A stretch of DNA of 63,703 nt, filler included, from Octopus bimaculoides (taxonomy: Eukaryota), in NCBI RefSeq assembly GCF_001194135.2. It is 9 parts of 6 records of this genome, joined end to end, with 100 filler letters (N's around TTAATTAATTAA, not from the genome) between each part and the next. Parts side by side here need not be neighbours in the genome. Positions count along the whole stretch, not along the records: positions 25,355 to 36,110 come from NC_068983.1; positions 36,211 to 39,159 come from NC_068984.1; positions 39,260 to 42,774 come from NC_068994.1; 6 more parts are not named here. The stretch is one strand, 5' to 3'. Positions 27,817 to 39,325 of the stretch are shown here, in pieces. How positions within the stretch are numbered: position 1 is the stretch's first letter; every line of letters starts with the position of its first letter. The notes under the pieces were generated by a model. That model saw nothing but the letters and a program-made list of their open reading frames with translations, searched no databases and had not been told where the DNA came from. The position numbers and the translations under genes are program-made.

Positions 27817-29440
27817 CTAAAACATGAAAATATACAGGAAGAACATTGAGCTACGATTTTCTTCTTTATCAAGCAATCTCTCTCTCTTTCTCTCCGTATC
27901 ACACACACACACACACACACGCACACACAGGTACGTGTTTGTGCGCATAAATTGCAGAAACGTCTGTTATAATCGGAGTGTAATTTTTTATAAACTTCAA
28001 AACAAATAAAATCCTTGAGTTTATATTGAAAATCTGGTAAAAAAAAACTGTCTAATTATTAGACGTGAAATTAGGTGACGCCTGGAAAAGTCTGCGTTCA
28101 TTGGCAGCTGATATTATTATATAGAAATAAGTAATATTTTATGATTAAAAAGAGATCTCTGAACATAGTTTTATTTTAAAGTGGTTTCTTATTTATAGAA
28201 ACGTATATATTGCTGGCTAATCCTTTTTTGCAGAGTATGATTTCTAGAAATATAATCTGAAATACAAATATAATATGGAATACAAATAATAAAGCAATTG
28301 TTAGCGTAAATTTGGAGTACACAAGTATTTTCCCCTTTCATTGATACTTATATCAATATATATTTGTTTCCCGTTTATACTTACATATATGTGTATATGT
28401 GTATATGTGTATATGTGTATATGTGTATATGTGTATATGAACGTGTTTGTGTGCACGCTCGCATGTATACGTTTCCTTTAAATTTACACGTTTAGGAAAA
28501 GTATCTAAACATGAATACATATATGTTAAGATTAGAGAACATTCTCTTTACTTGCTAACATAATTCCTTTCTTGTCCAACTGAAACTGTCTTAAATATGT
28601 CATACAAATCACTTTAAATACAGAAGGGAATGGTATGTAAACTGGGATTTAGTCGAAATAGAAATAACATTTATTGATTCGATTAGAAAAGCAAATAAAC
28701 TTTGAACAATTTTAATAATATACCTAAGATCACTGATTATAATCAAAATTTAAAAATTACTGTATCTGTAATACTAAATCGATAATGAGTTCTGTTTAAG
28801 CTAAAATATTTTGAAATTTGCAACCTCAAGGCCGACAGGAAAAGGAACAATGTAACAAACCGTATGTAAAATTTGATTTGCACAAATTCACTGAATATGC
28901 GACAGAAACAAATAATTTAAATAAGATAATATATCACAGTATGTATTAGTGGAAATGTATTTATGAATGAAAAATATAATATTATGTATACTACAAATAA
29001 TGCAAACTCAAAATTGTTGAAAATTATTAATTTTTTACTTTTGGCTGCGAATATTTCTGCGAAATGTTAACAGAATAAAAATAGTTAAATAGGAAAATAT
29101 AGACAGAAAACTGAATAATTAAATCATAATCATATTTTTGTCTAACCGTAGGGAAAAGGCATCGCTATATTCTCTAGCATTTAGATTTATTACAGAAGAA
29201 AATGAGTTCCTCTGAGGTCAGAGCTTTTGGCTTATAATATTTTGAGGATTTTATGAAAAAAATATCCCAATTACAATTGCCGTATATTCCTAACCACCAG
29301 GCCATGCTCCCCCACAGTACATTCTAATATATGCTAGTAGAACATGAATTTGTTTTGATATGCATTGAACTGAAAACTCGTCCATCAAATTCTTATACAT
29401 TTCCTCAAATCGTGATCTTTGGTGACGATCCTAAAGATCC

Positions 29441-30120
29441 CAGGTCTGATCAATAAGTATCCAGAATGTTGCCATAGTAATGAGCCTAAAGCACAAGCCT
29501 CTTGACACAGATGGACTATGAACACTGCTGTGCACGCGCACTAAGTTTTAACGTTCTAACTCACTTTCGCTGTTTACAGCAGTGCATGGAAGGAAAGGTT
29601 TACTCAAGGTTGCGGAAAGTGTATGGAGAGGAGTGTATAAGCCACACACAAGTGTACGAATGATTCAGACGTTTCCAAGATGGCAGAAAAAATGTCGATA
29701 TTTACGAACGTTCTGGAAGACTCGCCTTTAGGGAAGAGACGCGTGTCTGCCAAGTTTGTGCCAAAGTTGCTTTCAGTTGACCAAAAAGACACTCAGGTTT
29801 CAGTTCCTTGATTGCGTCGAGAACGATGAAAACTTCTTGCAAACTCTGCGTAGGCCTCTGAACAGGTATCACCAAACTTTTCGTAAAATTTGATGCAACT
29901 TCACTGCTCAGCTTACTCTGTTATGGTCCATACGACGATCACACGCTACACACGTTCCTTCAAAGTACTATTTTAAATAGTGGTAGTAAGGTAGAACGTT
30001 AAAACTTTGTGCGCATGCACAACAGCTTTTAAGGTAACTCTGTGCCAAGCGGCTTTGTTCTGCGTGCTTTAGCTTCGTTACTATGGTGACAGTCTGGATA
30101 CTTATTGATCAGATTACGTA
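29441..30120 (+). mobile_element. Internally deleted mariner element with long (~120 bp) imperfect TIRs
   Basis: The ends are inverted (ggtctgatcaataagtatccaga...gttttaacgttcta / tagaacgttaaaact...tctggatacttattgatcaga). The interior encodes a broken HTH: KVYGEECISHTQVYE*FRRFQDGRKNV..YERSGR and VSAKFVPKLLSVDQK. Confidence 0.85.
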
Positions 30121-30239
30121 TTTCAAACTAAAAATAGCTGGTGCATTTCTTGAGTCATTAAATAAAGGTGTTTGGTGCTGCCGATATCAGCGGTGGGGAC
30201 AAGGGTTCGGCTCTTTACGCCTCTGGTCTTTCTTGTTCT

Positions 30240-30620
30240 GCTCTGTACTTGCCAGACTCGGATACTGTCAAGGGCCCTTAAGAGCTGCTTGAATTCCATT
30301 GGTATCAGGACGCCTCCCAAGGTTAAGGGTTACTATTGGCCGGATTTCGTATCCAATGAACGACTTTACTCAGAAACTGGGATGCATCTTGTTACTTGTA
30401 TGATTCAGGATTCAGACCTGACTTACCGTGTTCTCTTCACTAAGGATCCGACTGGGTTGACGGCTCGTGTTGGGTGACCACATGCCACATGGTCACCACA
30501 GACGATGATGTATCTCACAGTGATGAGGACTGTTTGAGACCCTGCTTGATAGATCGCCCGGGAGGACCCGCTAAGATACCGACAAACAGCGAAATCAGCG
30601 ACGCGCTGCAATGGCGCATG
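30240..30620 (+). mobile_element. RTE-type LINE C-terminal relic
   Basis: GYYWPDFVSNERLYSETGMHLVTCMIQ...RVLFTKDPTGLTARVG*P resembles RTE ORF2 ends (W.D.VSNE.L...GRP). Confidence 0.65.
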
Positions 30621-31179
30621 ACTCTCACCTGACTTGACCTGAATAATCTATTAAGGAGATCGAATATACCCATTTTTATCTATAGTTAAGATAGTATCGT
30701 TCATGTAATTCAACTTTTTATAGTTACTAACATAAAAACCGGGTAGAGAGCAGTTGCAATAAATCAAAATTGCCAACATCATAATCCTTTTGATTTTTTA
30801 GACACTATTGTAAGATTTCAAAATCAAAGTATAATACTTTCCATTATCATAGCTGAACGTAAGTTTTCTGTTACCATTCTTAAGGTGGTGCTCCAGCATG
30901 GCCGCAGTCCAATGACTGAAACGTGTAAAAGAATAAAAGAATTCTTTCGTTCTCTCTAATGAAATTCTTTGCTAAGCAACAACCTCTTCAAATTCACAGA
31001 TTTTATATTTAAAATGTTCAAAAATGGTTAGAATATTTGATATAATCATGTGGAGCATAAGTTCATGAGTGGATAGAATACCATTAAGAGAAAATGAAAT
31101 AATATTTCTTGGAATAAAATCTCCACGACTGCGTCATTTGGAATTTTAATTAATTTTGTCTTCTAGCATATAGAAGGAC

Positions 31180-31680
31180 AGAGATGCAGGAAGAGCAGTA
31201 AAATGTGACAACCGACGCAGACTTTGTGCAGATTTCACCGACATCAAAAGCAGTTGTCCAAAAGTGTCATCAGAGTGTTATCTACCGATCAGACATGATG
31301 TTGTAGCTAGGACACTGTATAACGAGATCCGTCAAAATGAAAACGCTGAGGACAAAGAAATAAGAACCCACTGTATGGTGGAAGCCATAGCTACTCATAA
31401 TAAAAAGGAATACTGGTGGGGTGTCCTAGTGAAAACCTCTATAAAATATAAACACAACGCACCTTATATCATGACTTGGGACAGAGAAGAGAAACTGTGT
31501 ACAATTGTGGAAATCACCTGCCCAGTGGATGTTAATATAAAGCTGAAGATCAGTGAAAAAGTAAATACCTACGGAGACCTATTGAGAAATTTACATTTAC
31601 TCAATTCATATTACAAGTTCAGGTTTATACCTGTAATTATTGGGGCACTGGGGTATGTAACACTGATCTCTCTATCTAAC
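31180..31680 (+). mobile_element. R4/Dong-like non-LTR retrotransposon relic (zinc knuckle + restriction-like endonuclease)
   Basis: RRLC...SCPKVSSECYLPIRHDVVARTLY...HNAPYIMTWDREEKLCTIVEITCP...FIPVIIGALG: CCHC remnant, RHD motif and decayed PD..(D/E) RLE motif. Confidence 0.8.
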
Positions 31681-31734
31681 CGTTCTCTTCTCCGAAGTAA
31701 AGCTGCGTTCCATCTGAAATACTGAAGACTACAA

Positions 31735-32500
31735 AAGTAATCAGTGCCTAAGCGCTTTAATGTTCTGCCTTTGAAAACTGTTGAAAAACAGGCTGAGCTC
31801 CCTATTAAGTTGGACACTGCACTCAACACAGTTGATATCAATGATGACATAGAATCATCTGGGAATGCTCTGCGTGATTGCAACGCACTCTGCATCTGTA
31901 GAGGTTCTTGGACGTCCTGTTCGTAAACATCAAGATTGGTTCAATGATAACAACATAGTCATCCTACAATTGATAGATAAAATGCACAGCTCTAACAAAG
32001 AATAGCTAGAGCTCATCTGGAAAAGAGAATGCCTCGGAAAACGCAGAAGACAATTCCAACGTGCTTTGAAACAGATGAAGGATGCTTGGTGGTTTTTCAA
32101 GGCTACTGAACTACAAGAAGCCGCAAACTGAAAGCATTCTAAAGCCTTTTATGATGGCCTTAAGAAGGTGTATGGTCCTCAAGAGTACAGTGTACTCTTA
32201 TTTTGTCTCCACCTAAGTCACTAATGATGATTTTTTCTCCACCACAATCACTAATGATAATATCTGTTCCACAGAACACTGAAACACCGGAACTGTCCCT
32301 GGAGCCAAACTTCCTAGAAGGGGTAAACTCTATTAAACAGATCTCTTCTGGTAAAGCATCTGGCAGGGATGCTATCCCTCCAGAAATCTACAAACATGGT
32401 GGACATAAGCTTTTAGAGAAACTCCATGACCTCTTCATAAACATCTGAAATGTAAGTCGTGCACCACAAGACTTAAAGGTTGCCTTAATACAACATCTGA
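31735..32500 (+). mobile_element. RTE (BovB-like) LINE ORF2 relic
   Basis: SIKQISSGKASGRDAIPPEIYKHGGHKLLEKLHDLFINI*...PQDLKVA is the typical pre-RT GKA.G.D.IP.E segment; the frame is broken upstream. Confidence 0.8.
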
Positions 32501-33580
32501 GAGGAGAGCATGCAGCACAGAGCTAACTCCAGCCACCAAAGTATCACGGTAACTCTAGATTAACCCACGAGGCTGGATATGATTAGAAAGATAAGGTTCG
32601 GGTGTACAGGGGAGCTAGAAGGTGGTTAGATAACATCATATGTGATGAAACCAGTGGTACCTCCCCTAGATATAGAACACACAAACACATGAATTTGCAG
32701 AATACATACATACAAACGTACTCACACGTATGCATATATGCATGCATATACACGCACATACATACATACATACATACAAACATACATACATAAACACAAC
32801 AAACAGAAAGATGGCAGCTCTGATAACGAACAGTCAACGACTATTGAAGAGGTTGTAAGACGCAAAGAAAATTTTAGAAAAAATAATTAAGTAAACGAGT
32901 GGAAATCAAACCGGTGACTGTGTTAATTAATAAGGCACTAAAAGAGACTGACATGTCACCAACTACATTAAAACAATTCTGATAATTAAAAAACTAAACG
33001 TTTATACGCTATCAACCTATAACATTAAATAGTTATAAACATTATAACAATTGACAATGGAGTGAGAAAGTGGTGCATATGTAGAACAATGTACCATATA
33101 ATAATGTTCCCTCGCTACCCCACGGGGTAACACCTTTTCCATTTTTGCTGCTGCTGCTGCCATGAAAAATCTATTGTGAATGCAAGATTCTCCGTTAATC
33201 CCAACAAACATATATATTGTAACTTATGATAAAATATTTCAATGTTATTTTAATGTAATGCTTCGTATTAACAATAAATTATGGGATATATTATATTGAT
33301 GTTTACTTCTGTTCTATTAGAGTTAATTAATATCAAGCCTGTGTGTGATGCGAAATAAAAATGTAGACAAAATAGAGCCTGGTACTTCCCCGTGCACTTT
33401 GCTAACTGTGCCATCCACCATGAGCTCTAATACTAAATTATATTCCTTTATAATTATAATAGTAACGGCATTAACCATTCATATCTCATTAAAATTAAAA
33501 TGGTAATTAAAACAATAAAGAATAATACAGTAATACAATAGTCATAGAAATTTACATAGAATAATATAAAATTATCTCAC

Positions 33581-33671
33581 CGTAAAATTTGGCATTTCTG
33601 AATTCTGTGTACATTGCAAATATTCACCAGGCTCGGGAATAGAATCGACAAGTTTATTGCTATTTTGTAAC
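33581..33671 (-). CDS. DDC-like: DDC-like exon D (91 nt): (W)LQNSNKLVDSIPEPGEYLQCTQNSEMPNFT, catalytic flexible loop
   Basis: Acceptor tgtcttttag and donor gtgaga; phase 2/0 fits the neighbouring exons exactly. Tyr aligns without gaps to human Y332. Confidence 0.85.
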
Positions 33672-34176
33672 CTAAAAGACAAAGCAGAATTTCGGTGAAA
33701 AAAAAAAATTCTACTTTTAAAATATTCTATATTATGCGTCTATTTCAGAAATCAGAATACTATGTGCTATCTTGGTAACCTATTTCTGATTGACCATTTA
33801 CGGTTCTATACTGTTATCCTAATCTATTAACTCTATCCCTCTCTAAATTAATAAACATTGCAACTATCATAACGTGGTATGTTAATAAATTATATTGGGC
33901 GATTGATTTTATTACAGTTATAACACTTTTTAGTCATTACTGTATTTGTAAATACAATTAAACCACAAACATAATGCATGAATAGAAAATACATTCTCTA
34001 GACTCTTTAATGTTTGCTCTTGAATGTTTACAAGTCTAAAAGTTGATGGTAATGTTTATTCTTTACAAATATATTAAATACACATGACTTGATAACACAT
34101 TTCTGTTTAGGTTTATTGATTAATCAACGTAGAAAATAATTTACATTTTAAGAAGACTAAATAGAATTTTACTTAC

Positions 34177-34244
34177 CATAATACCGAACAACCTGTAGGT
34201 ACTTGTAACCATTTGTGGGGACTCACACAAATGGAATCTGCATA
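34177..34244 (-). CDS. DDC-like: DDC-like exon C (68 nt): YADSICVSPHKWLQVPTGCSVL(W), contains the PLP lysine
   Basis: Acceptor ttttatag and donor gtaagt, phase 0/2. PHKW corresponds to human P301-H302-K303-W304. Confidence 0.93.
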
Positions 34245-34563
34245 CTATAAAATAGGAATCAAGAACTGAATATGAAACATGATATTTCTTCTAAATTTAT
34301 TTGAAAATATCAAATTTAACATGATATATTAACCCAAAGATCTGAACTCGGACGATGGTACTGAACTCAAAAAGTACACTCCACGTGGTACATATATTGC
34401 GGTTTAATGTGGACTGAGGATGTTTAAAATTGAGGGGGAAATTGGAATAATTTTTTATTCATTTGTAAACTATACTGAAAGTGTCGCTAATCTGCATTGA
34501 CCTTTTCTATCTCTTTTACTCAAATAAAGTTTCGTTTTATGTCAGATAACTAGTTGCATCTCA

Positions 34564-34630
<67 letters not shown>
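34564..34630. repeat. (TAA)n microsatellite inside a DDC-like intron
   Basis: Direct reading of the sequence. Confidence 0.95.
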
Positions 34631-34744
34631 AAATAGCAGATGTTCTAATGTATGAGACCCTTAAACTATCTATCATCATAATAAAGTATTGAAGTCTACA
34701 GCTCCGTGTGTTATTTTCAGTTTTATTAATTGCTTAGGACTTAC

Positions 34745-34839
34745 TTCCACACCGTTCATCAGATAACGGTATTCAGGACATATAAATGCATTTCCTGCAT
34801 ATGCAGCGTCTATGTGCAACCAGATACCTTCATCTTTAC
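34745..34839 (-). CDS. DDC-like: DDC-like exon B (95 nt): (C)[31 protein letters not shown]
   Basis: Acceptor tttattacag and donor gtaagt, phase 1/0. [15 protein letters not shown] is the AADC/HDC/TDC signature carrying the PLP-binding Asp. Confidence 0.95.
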
Positions 34840-35498
34840 CTGTAATAAACAACACATAATTATGACACAATCGTATTTACTTTCAATGAATCTGATAAAT
34901 ATTAAGACTATACCTTGGCATAGCATCAACTTATGTACTTGAATAGAAAAATATTCAATTATAAAGAATATATTATCCATGTGTACTTGGAAGTGAAGTG
35001 CAGCAGAATTAAAGACTTGATTATAAAANNNNNNNNNNNNNNNNNNNNNNNNNNNNNNNNNNNNNNNNNNNNNNNNNNNNNNNNNNNNNNNNNNNNNNNN
35101 NNNNNNNNNNNNNNNNNNNNNNNNNNNNNNNNNNNNNNNNNNNNNNNNNNNNNNNNNNNNNNNNNNNNNNNNNNNNNNNNNNNNNNNNNNNNNNNNNNNN
35201 NNNNNNNNNNNNNNNNNNNNNNNNNNNNNNNNNNNNNNNNNNNNNNNNNNNNNNNNNNNNNNNNNNNACCTTTGGACCTCTTTTTAGTTTTTTGATATCT
35301 GAGATTAGATATATTTATACGCGCTCATCCCTGAGGAATATGTTAGCTGTGGGTGGCTAATAACAATAATGTCCTCAAGGAAATTAGAATATTACGAATG
35401 GAAATGACTACGACTACTGGAAAAAGTAGCTGTAAAGAGGAAGATGTAGCTCCCAATTAGTATGAAAATTAATTAGGTACATAATTAAAACAACTTAC

Positions 35499-35565
35499 AT
35501 ACAGCACCAATTTCTTTAATGTTATCAAATGCACACACAGAAGTTGTACCCAAAGTTGAACAAAT
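35499..35565 (-). CDS. DDC-like: DDC-like exon A (67 nt): ICSTLGTTSVCAFDNIKEIGAV(C)
   Basis: Acceptor cattcctttcag and donor gtaagt, phase 0/1. Matches the TLGTT..C.FD motif of group II decarboxylases. Confidence 0.95.
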
Positions 35566-36032
35566 CTGAAAGGAATGAAATCTTAAATATATTCCTGCAG
35601 AAAGGCGAAATAAATGCGTGATATTTAATAACACGCTTTCAGCATTGTTGTTTATAAAGATTTCACGATCCACTCTTGAAATATTTCTCCCACATCATTT
35701 GAGATTTATGGAAATAATAATACATTTAAAAGTTTATGCTTATAAGAGAAACGACTGTAACTGAATTGATAAATCCGTAAACCTATGACAGAAAATGAAA
35801 TCACGTTACACCGCTTTGTAGTCTACTACTTTTTATTGTATTTTCTCTTATTTCAATTTCTTTTCTTCTCTTTCACCTTCCCCGTTTATCATTCGTAATC
35901 ACTTTCGCTATCGGCCTTGTCCTGTTTTCTTACAATATGTTGACTGAGATACACCAACACATTATATACACAATATGCACATGTATGTATGTATATGTGT
36001 ATGTATACATGTATGTATTATCTCTCTCTCTT

Positions 36033-36110
<78 letters not shown>

Positions 36111-36621
36111 NNNNNNNNNNNNNNNNNNNNNNNNNNNNNNNNNNNNNNNNNNNNTTAATTAATTAANNNNNNNNNNNNNNNNNNNNNNNNNNNNNNNNNN
36201 NNNNNNNNNNACTTGCAAGATAGAAAAAAAATAAAAACCTTTTTTGAGAGGAGAGGAGGCATTGAAGGAGGTGATCTTGTGTCAGCTGATAAAAGGTTAT
36301 AGTGAGGCAGAGAGACGGCATCAAGAGATTCGCTGTAGAGGAGGTACAAGGTTATCCAGCTGTAGAGAGAGAGGGAGAGAGAGAGAAAGAGAGAGATCAG
36401 GAATGAAGAGAGAAACAGGTGTGCTGCTGCAAAGGAAATTCACAGTCACCCAACCTGAGGGAAATGTAGGAGAAGTGGGGAGAGTGTGGCAAAGTGCTGG
36501 GTATATGCAATGATACTGTGAGACAGGGCATGGGTGGAATGCCCAGGTCGGAATCTAGCAGAGAGCAATGATACAGTGGCACAGGGCCAAGAGGACAGGA
36601 TTGGGGAGTGGGAGGTAAACC

Positions 36622-36664
<43 letters not shown>

Positions 36665-36909
36665 ATATATATATTACATATATATATATATATATATTAG
36701 CTTAGACTCTTTTGTGGGGCAACCAAATCGAACCGTCTCAAGTGTAACTGCCCGAAACAGTCATGACTTCTGGTACTTGACTGAAGAAAGAAAGCCAAGA
36801 ATGACCTGTCTTTTATGCCTCTCCTTCTAATTGTTGTTTCTCTTGTCTGCCTGTGTATCATCTATCTGTCCGAATGTTTTATTGTCCTCTATTTCGTTTT
36901 TGTTCCATT

Positions 36910-36941
<32 letters not shown>

Positions 36942-36997
36942 TACACACATATGTCTCTGTCTTTTGTGTTTCTGTAAATTTCAACGATATATATATG

Positions 36998-37032
<35 letters not shown>

Positions 37033-37878
37033 GTATGTATATAAATAGATAGATATACAAACACACACACATACATGTACATGCAGACACAACGTCTATT
37101 TCTGTCTATTTGTCTGTTTCTCTTAAATGTCTGTCTGTCTCCTGTCCTTGTGCATGTTTCTATATGCACTCCTCCCTCTGTGTAAGCATTTCTCTGAGCA
37201 TATGTGTGTATATTTGCGTATTTGTGTGTGTGTGTGCATGCATGTGTAGACACATGTGTGCTCATGTGCATGGATGGATATGTGTGATAACTACAACTAA
37301 ACTGCATTACATCTACCTATTTGTTAGTTTTCAAATTATCTCCCTTGATTATTTTTTTTCTCTCTTTGGTCGTGACAATGGTGGTGGAGGCGGTGGATAG
37401 TAATGCTATAGTTTTCTTGGGACATTACTAACCAATGTGTGCTTGAGAACATTACACCATCATCCTCACAACCAGAGCAGATGTGATGGTCAGTCACGGA
37501 ATTTCCCCTGGACAAAACTATGAGTAATAGATTCGGCTGTATTTGTAGCCTGAAGATACTGTTTATTGAGTCTATGGAATGGTTTTCAAGCAGTTTATAT
37601 TAACAGGAAATGCTCACAAGAGGCAGTTGTTCTGCTGATTACTGCTTAATTGGCACATCTGTTCTTCATCTAATTCTTATTAACTGTTTGCTTTGTCATT
37701 CACTTTATATGTATGTGTGTGTATGTATGGATGGGTATGTATATCTATGTATAAAGGCACACACACACAGACATGTACACACACAGGCACACACACATAG
37801 ACACACACACACATACACACATACACTTATATATGTATATATATGAAGATATATAAAACACACATATATAACACAGAC

Positions 37879-37913
<35 letters not shown>

Positions 37914-38516
37914 NNNNNNNNNNNNNNNNNNNNNNNNNNNNNNNNNNNNNNNNNNNNNNNNNNNNNNNNNNNNNNNNNNNNNNNNNNNNNNNNNNNNNNN
38001 NNNNNNNNNNNNNNNNNNNNNNNNNNNNNNNNNNNNNNNNNNNNNNNNNNNNNNNNNNNNNNNNNNNNNNNNNNNNNNNNNNNNNNNNNNNNNNNNNNNN
38101 NNNNNNNNNNNNNNNNNNNNNNNNNNNNNNNNNNNNNNNNNNNNNNNNNNNNNNNNNNNNNNNNNNNNNNNNNNNNNNNNNNNNNNNNNNNNNNNNNNNN
38201 NNNNNNNNNNNNNNNNNNNNNNNNNNNNNNNNNNNNNNNNNNNNNNNNNNNNNNNNNNNNNNNNNNNNNNNNNNNNNNNNNNNNNNNNNNNNNNNNNNNN
38301 NNNNNNNNNNNNNNNNNNNNNNNNNNNNNNNNNNNNNNNNNNNNNNNNNNNNNNNNNNNNNNNNNNNNNNNNNNNNNNNNNNNNNNNNNNNNNNNNNNNN
38401 NNNNNNNNNNNNNNNNNNNNNNNNNNNNNNNNNNNNNNNNNNNNNNNNNNNNNNNNNNNNNNNNNNNNNNNNNNNNNNNNNNNNNNNNNNNNNNNNNNNN
38501 NNNNNNNNNNNNNNNN

Positions 38517-38830
38517 GGTGCTTTGGGTAAGTGTTTTTTCTACAATAGTGTCAGGTCAACCAAAGACTTGTGAGAGAATTTGGTTGATGGAAACTGAAAG
38601 AAGCCCACTGTAATATATTTTGTGTGTGTGTGTGTGTGTTTGTGTCTGTGTTTGTCCTATATCACTGCTTGATAACTGGCATTGGTGTGTTTATATCCCT
38701 GTAATTTAATTCAGCAAAGGAGACCAGTAGAATATACGTCAGGCTTAAAAAGGGAAAGAAGTACTGGGATTGATTTGTTTGACTGAAATTCTTTAAGGCG
38801 GTGCCAAAGCATGCCTTTAGTATGATGACT
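38517..38830 (+). mobile_element. SINE family A, diverged copy
   Basis: ctttgggtaagtg...ccaaagacttgtgag...ggaaactgaaagaagccc...ggtgtgtttatatccc...ggcggtgccaaagcatg in order. Confidence 0.75.
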
Positions 38831-38885
38831 CAAACATATATATATGTAGAAGGTTGAAGAGGAACACATGAGTAGATATATATAT

Positions 38886-39139
38886 GGAAAAAAAAGTCAA
38901 GGTAGAAAATGCTAAAATACTTTTATAAAAAACATTTCAGTACCAGTTTCGATCCTTGAGATCTTTTCAACTGTAAATATGGATAACAAATTTTGGAAAA
39001 ATTAAATTTTAAATTTGCCAAAATTTAATTTTTCCAAAATTTGTTATCCATACAGTTGAAAAGATCTCAAGGATCAAAACCGGTATTGAAATGTTTTTTA
39101 TAAAAGTATTTTAGCATTTTCTACCCTGACTTTTTTTCC
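38886..39139. mobile_element. Inverted pair of Penelope-type terminal repeats, each with a minimal hammerhead motif
   Basis: 38886-39010 is the near-perfect reverse complement of 39020-39139 with a 9-nt spacer, embedded in (TA)n. Each arm carries TTGAAAA-GATC/TCAAG/GATC-(G/A)AAAC-NG-GTA. Confidence 0.75.
38932..38980 (-). ncRNA. Candidate minimal type I hammerhead ribozyme, U3-A8 variant
   Basis: Minus strand ATATTTACAG UUGAAAA GAUC-UCAAG-GAUC GAAAC UG GUA CUGAAAUGU: 9-bp helix I with one bulge, 4-bp helix II, intact GAAA, GUA cleavage triplet. Confidence 0.6.
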
Positions 39140-39259
39140 ATATATATATATATATATATNNNNNNNNNNNNNNNNNNNNNNNNNNNNNNNNNNNNNNNNN
39201 NNNTTAATTAATTAANNNNNNNNNNNNNNNNNNNNNNNNNNNNNNNNNNNNNNNNNNNN

Positions 39260-39325
<66 letters not shown>

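Noticed and set aside
27718-35565. Assignment as histidine, tyrosine or glutamate/cysteine-sulfinate decarboxylase
   Set aside because: HDC (NPSKW, S354) and invertebrate TDC (NPNKW, IPLSRR) signatures are absent. GAD/CSAD have DAAWGG rather than DAAYAG.
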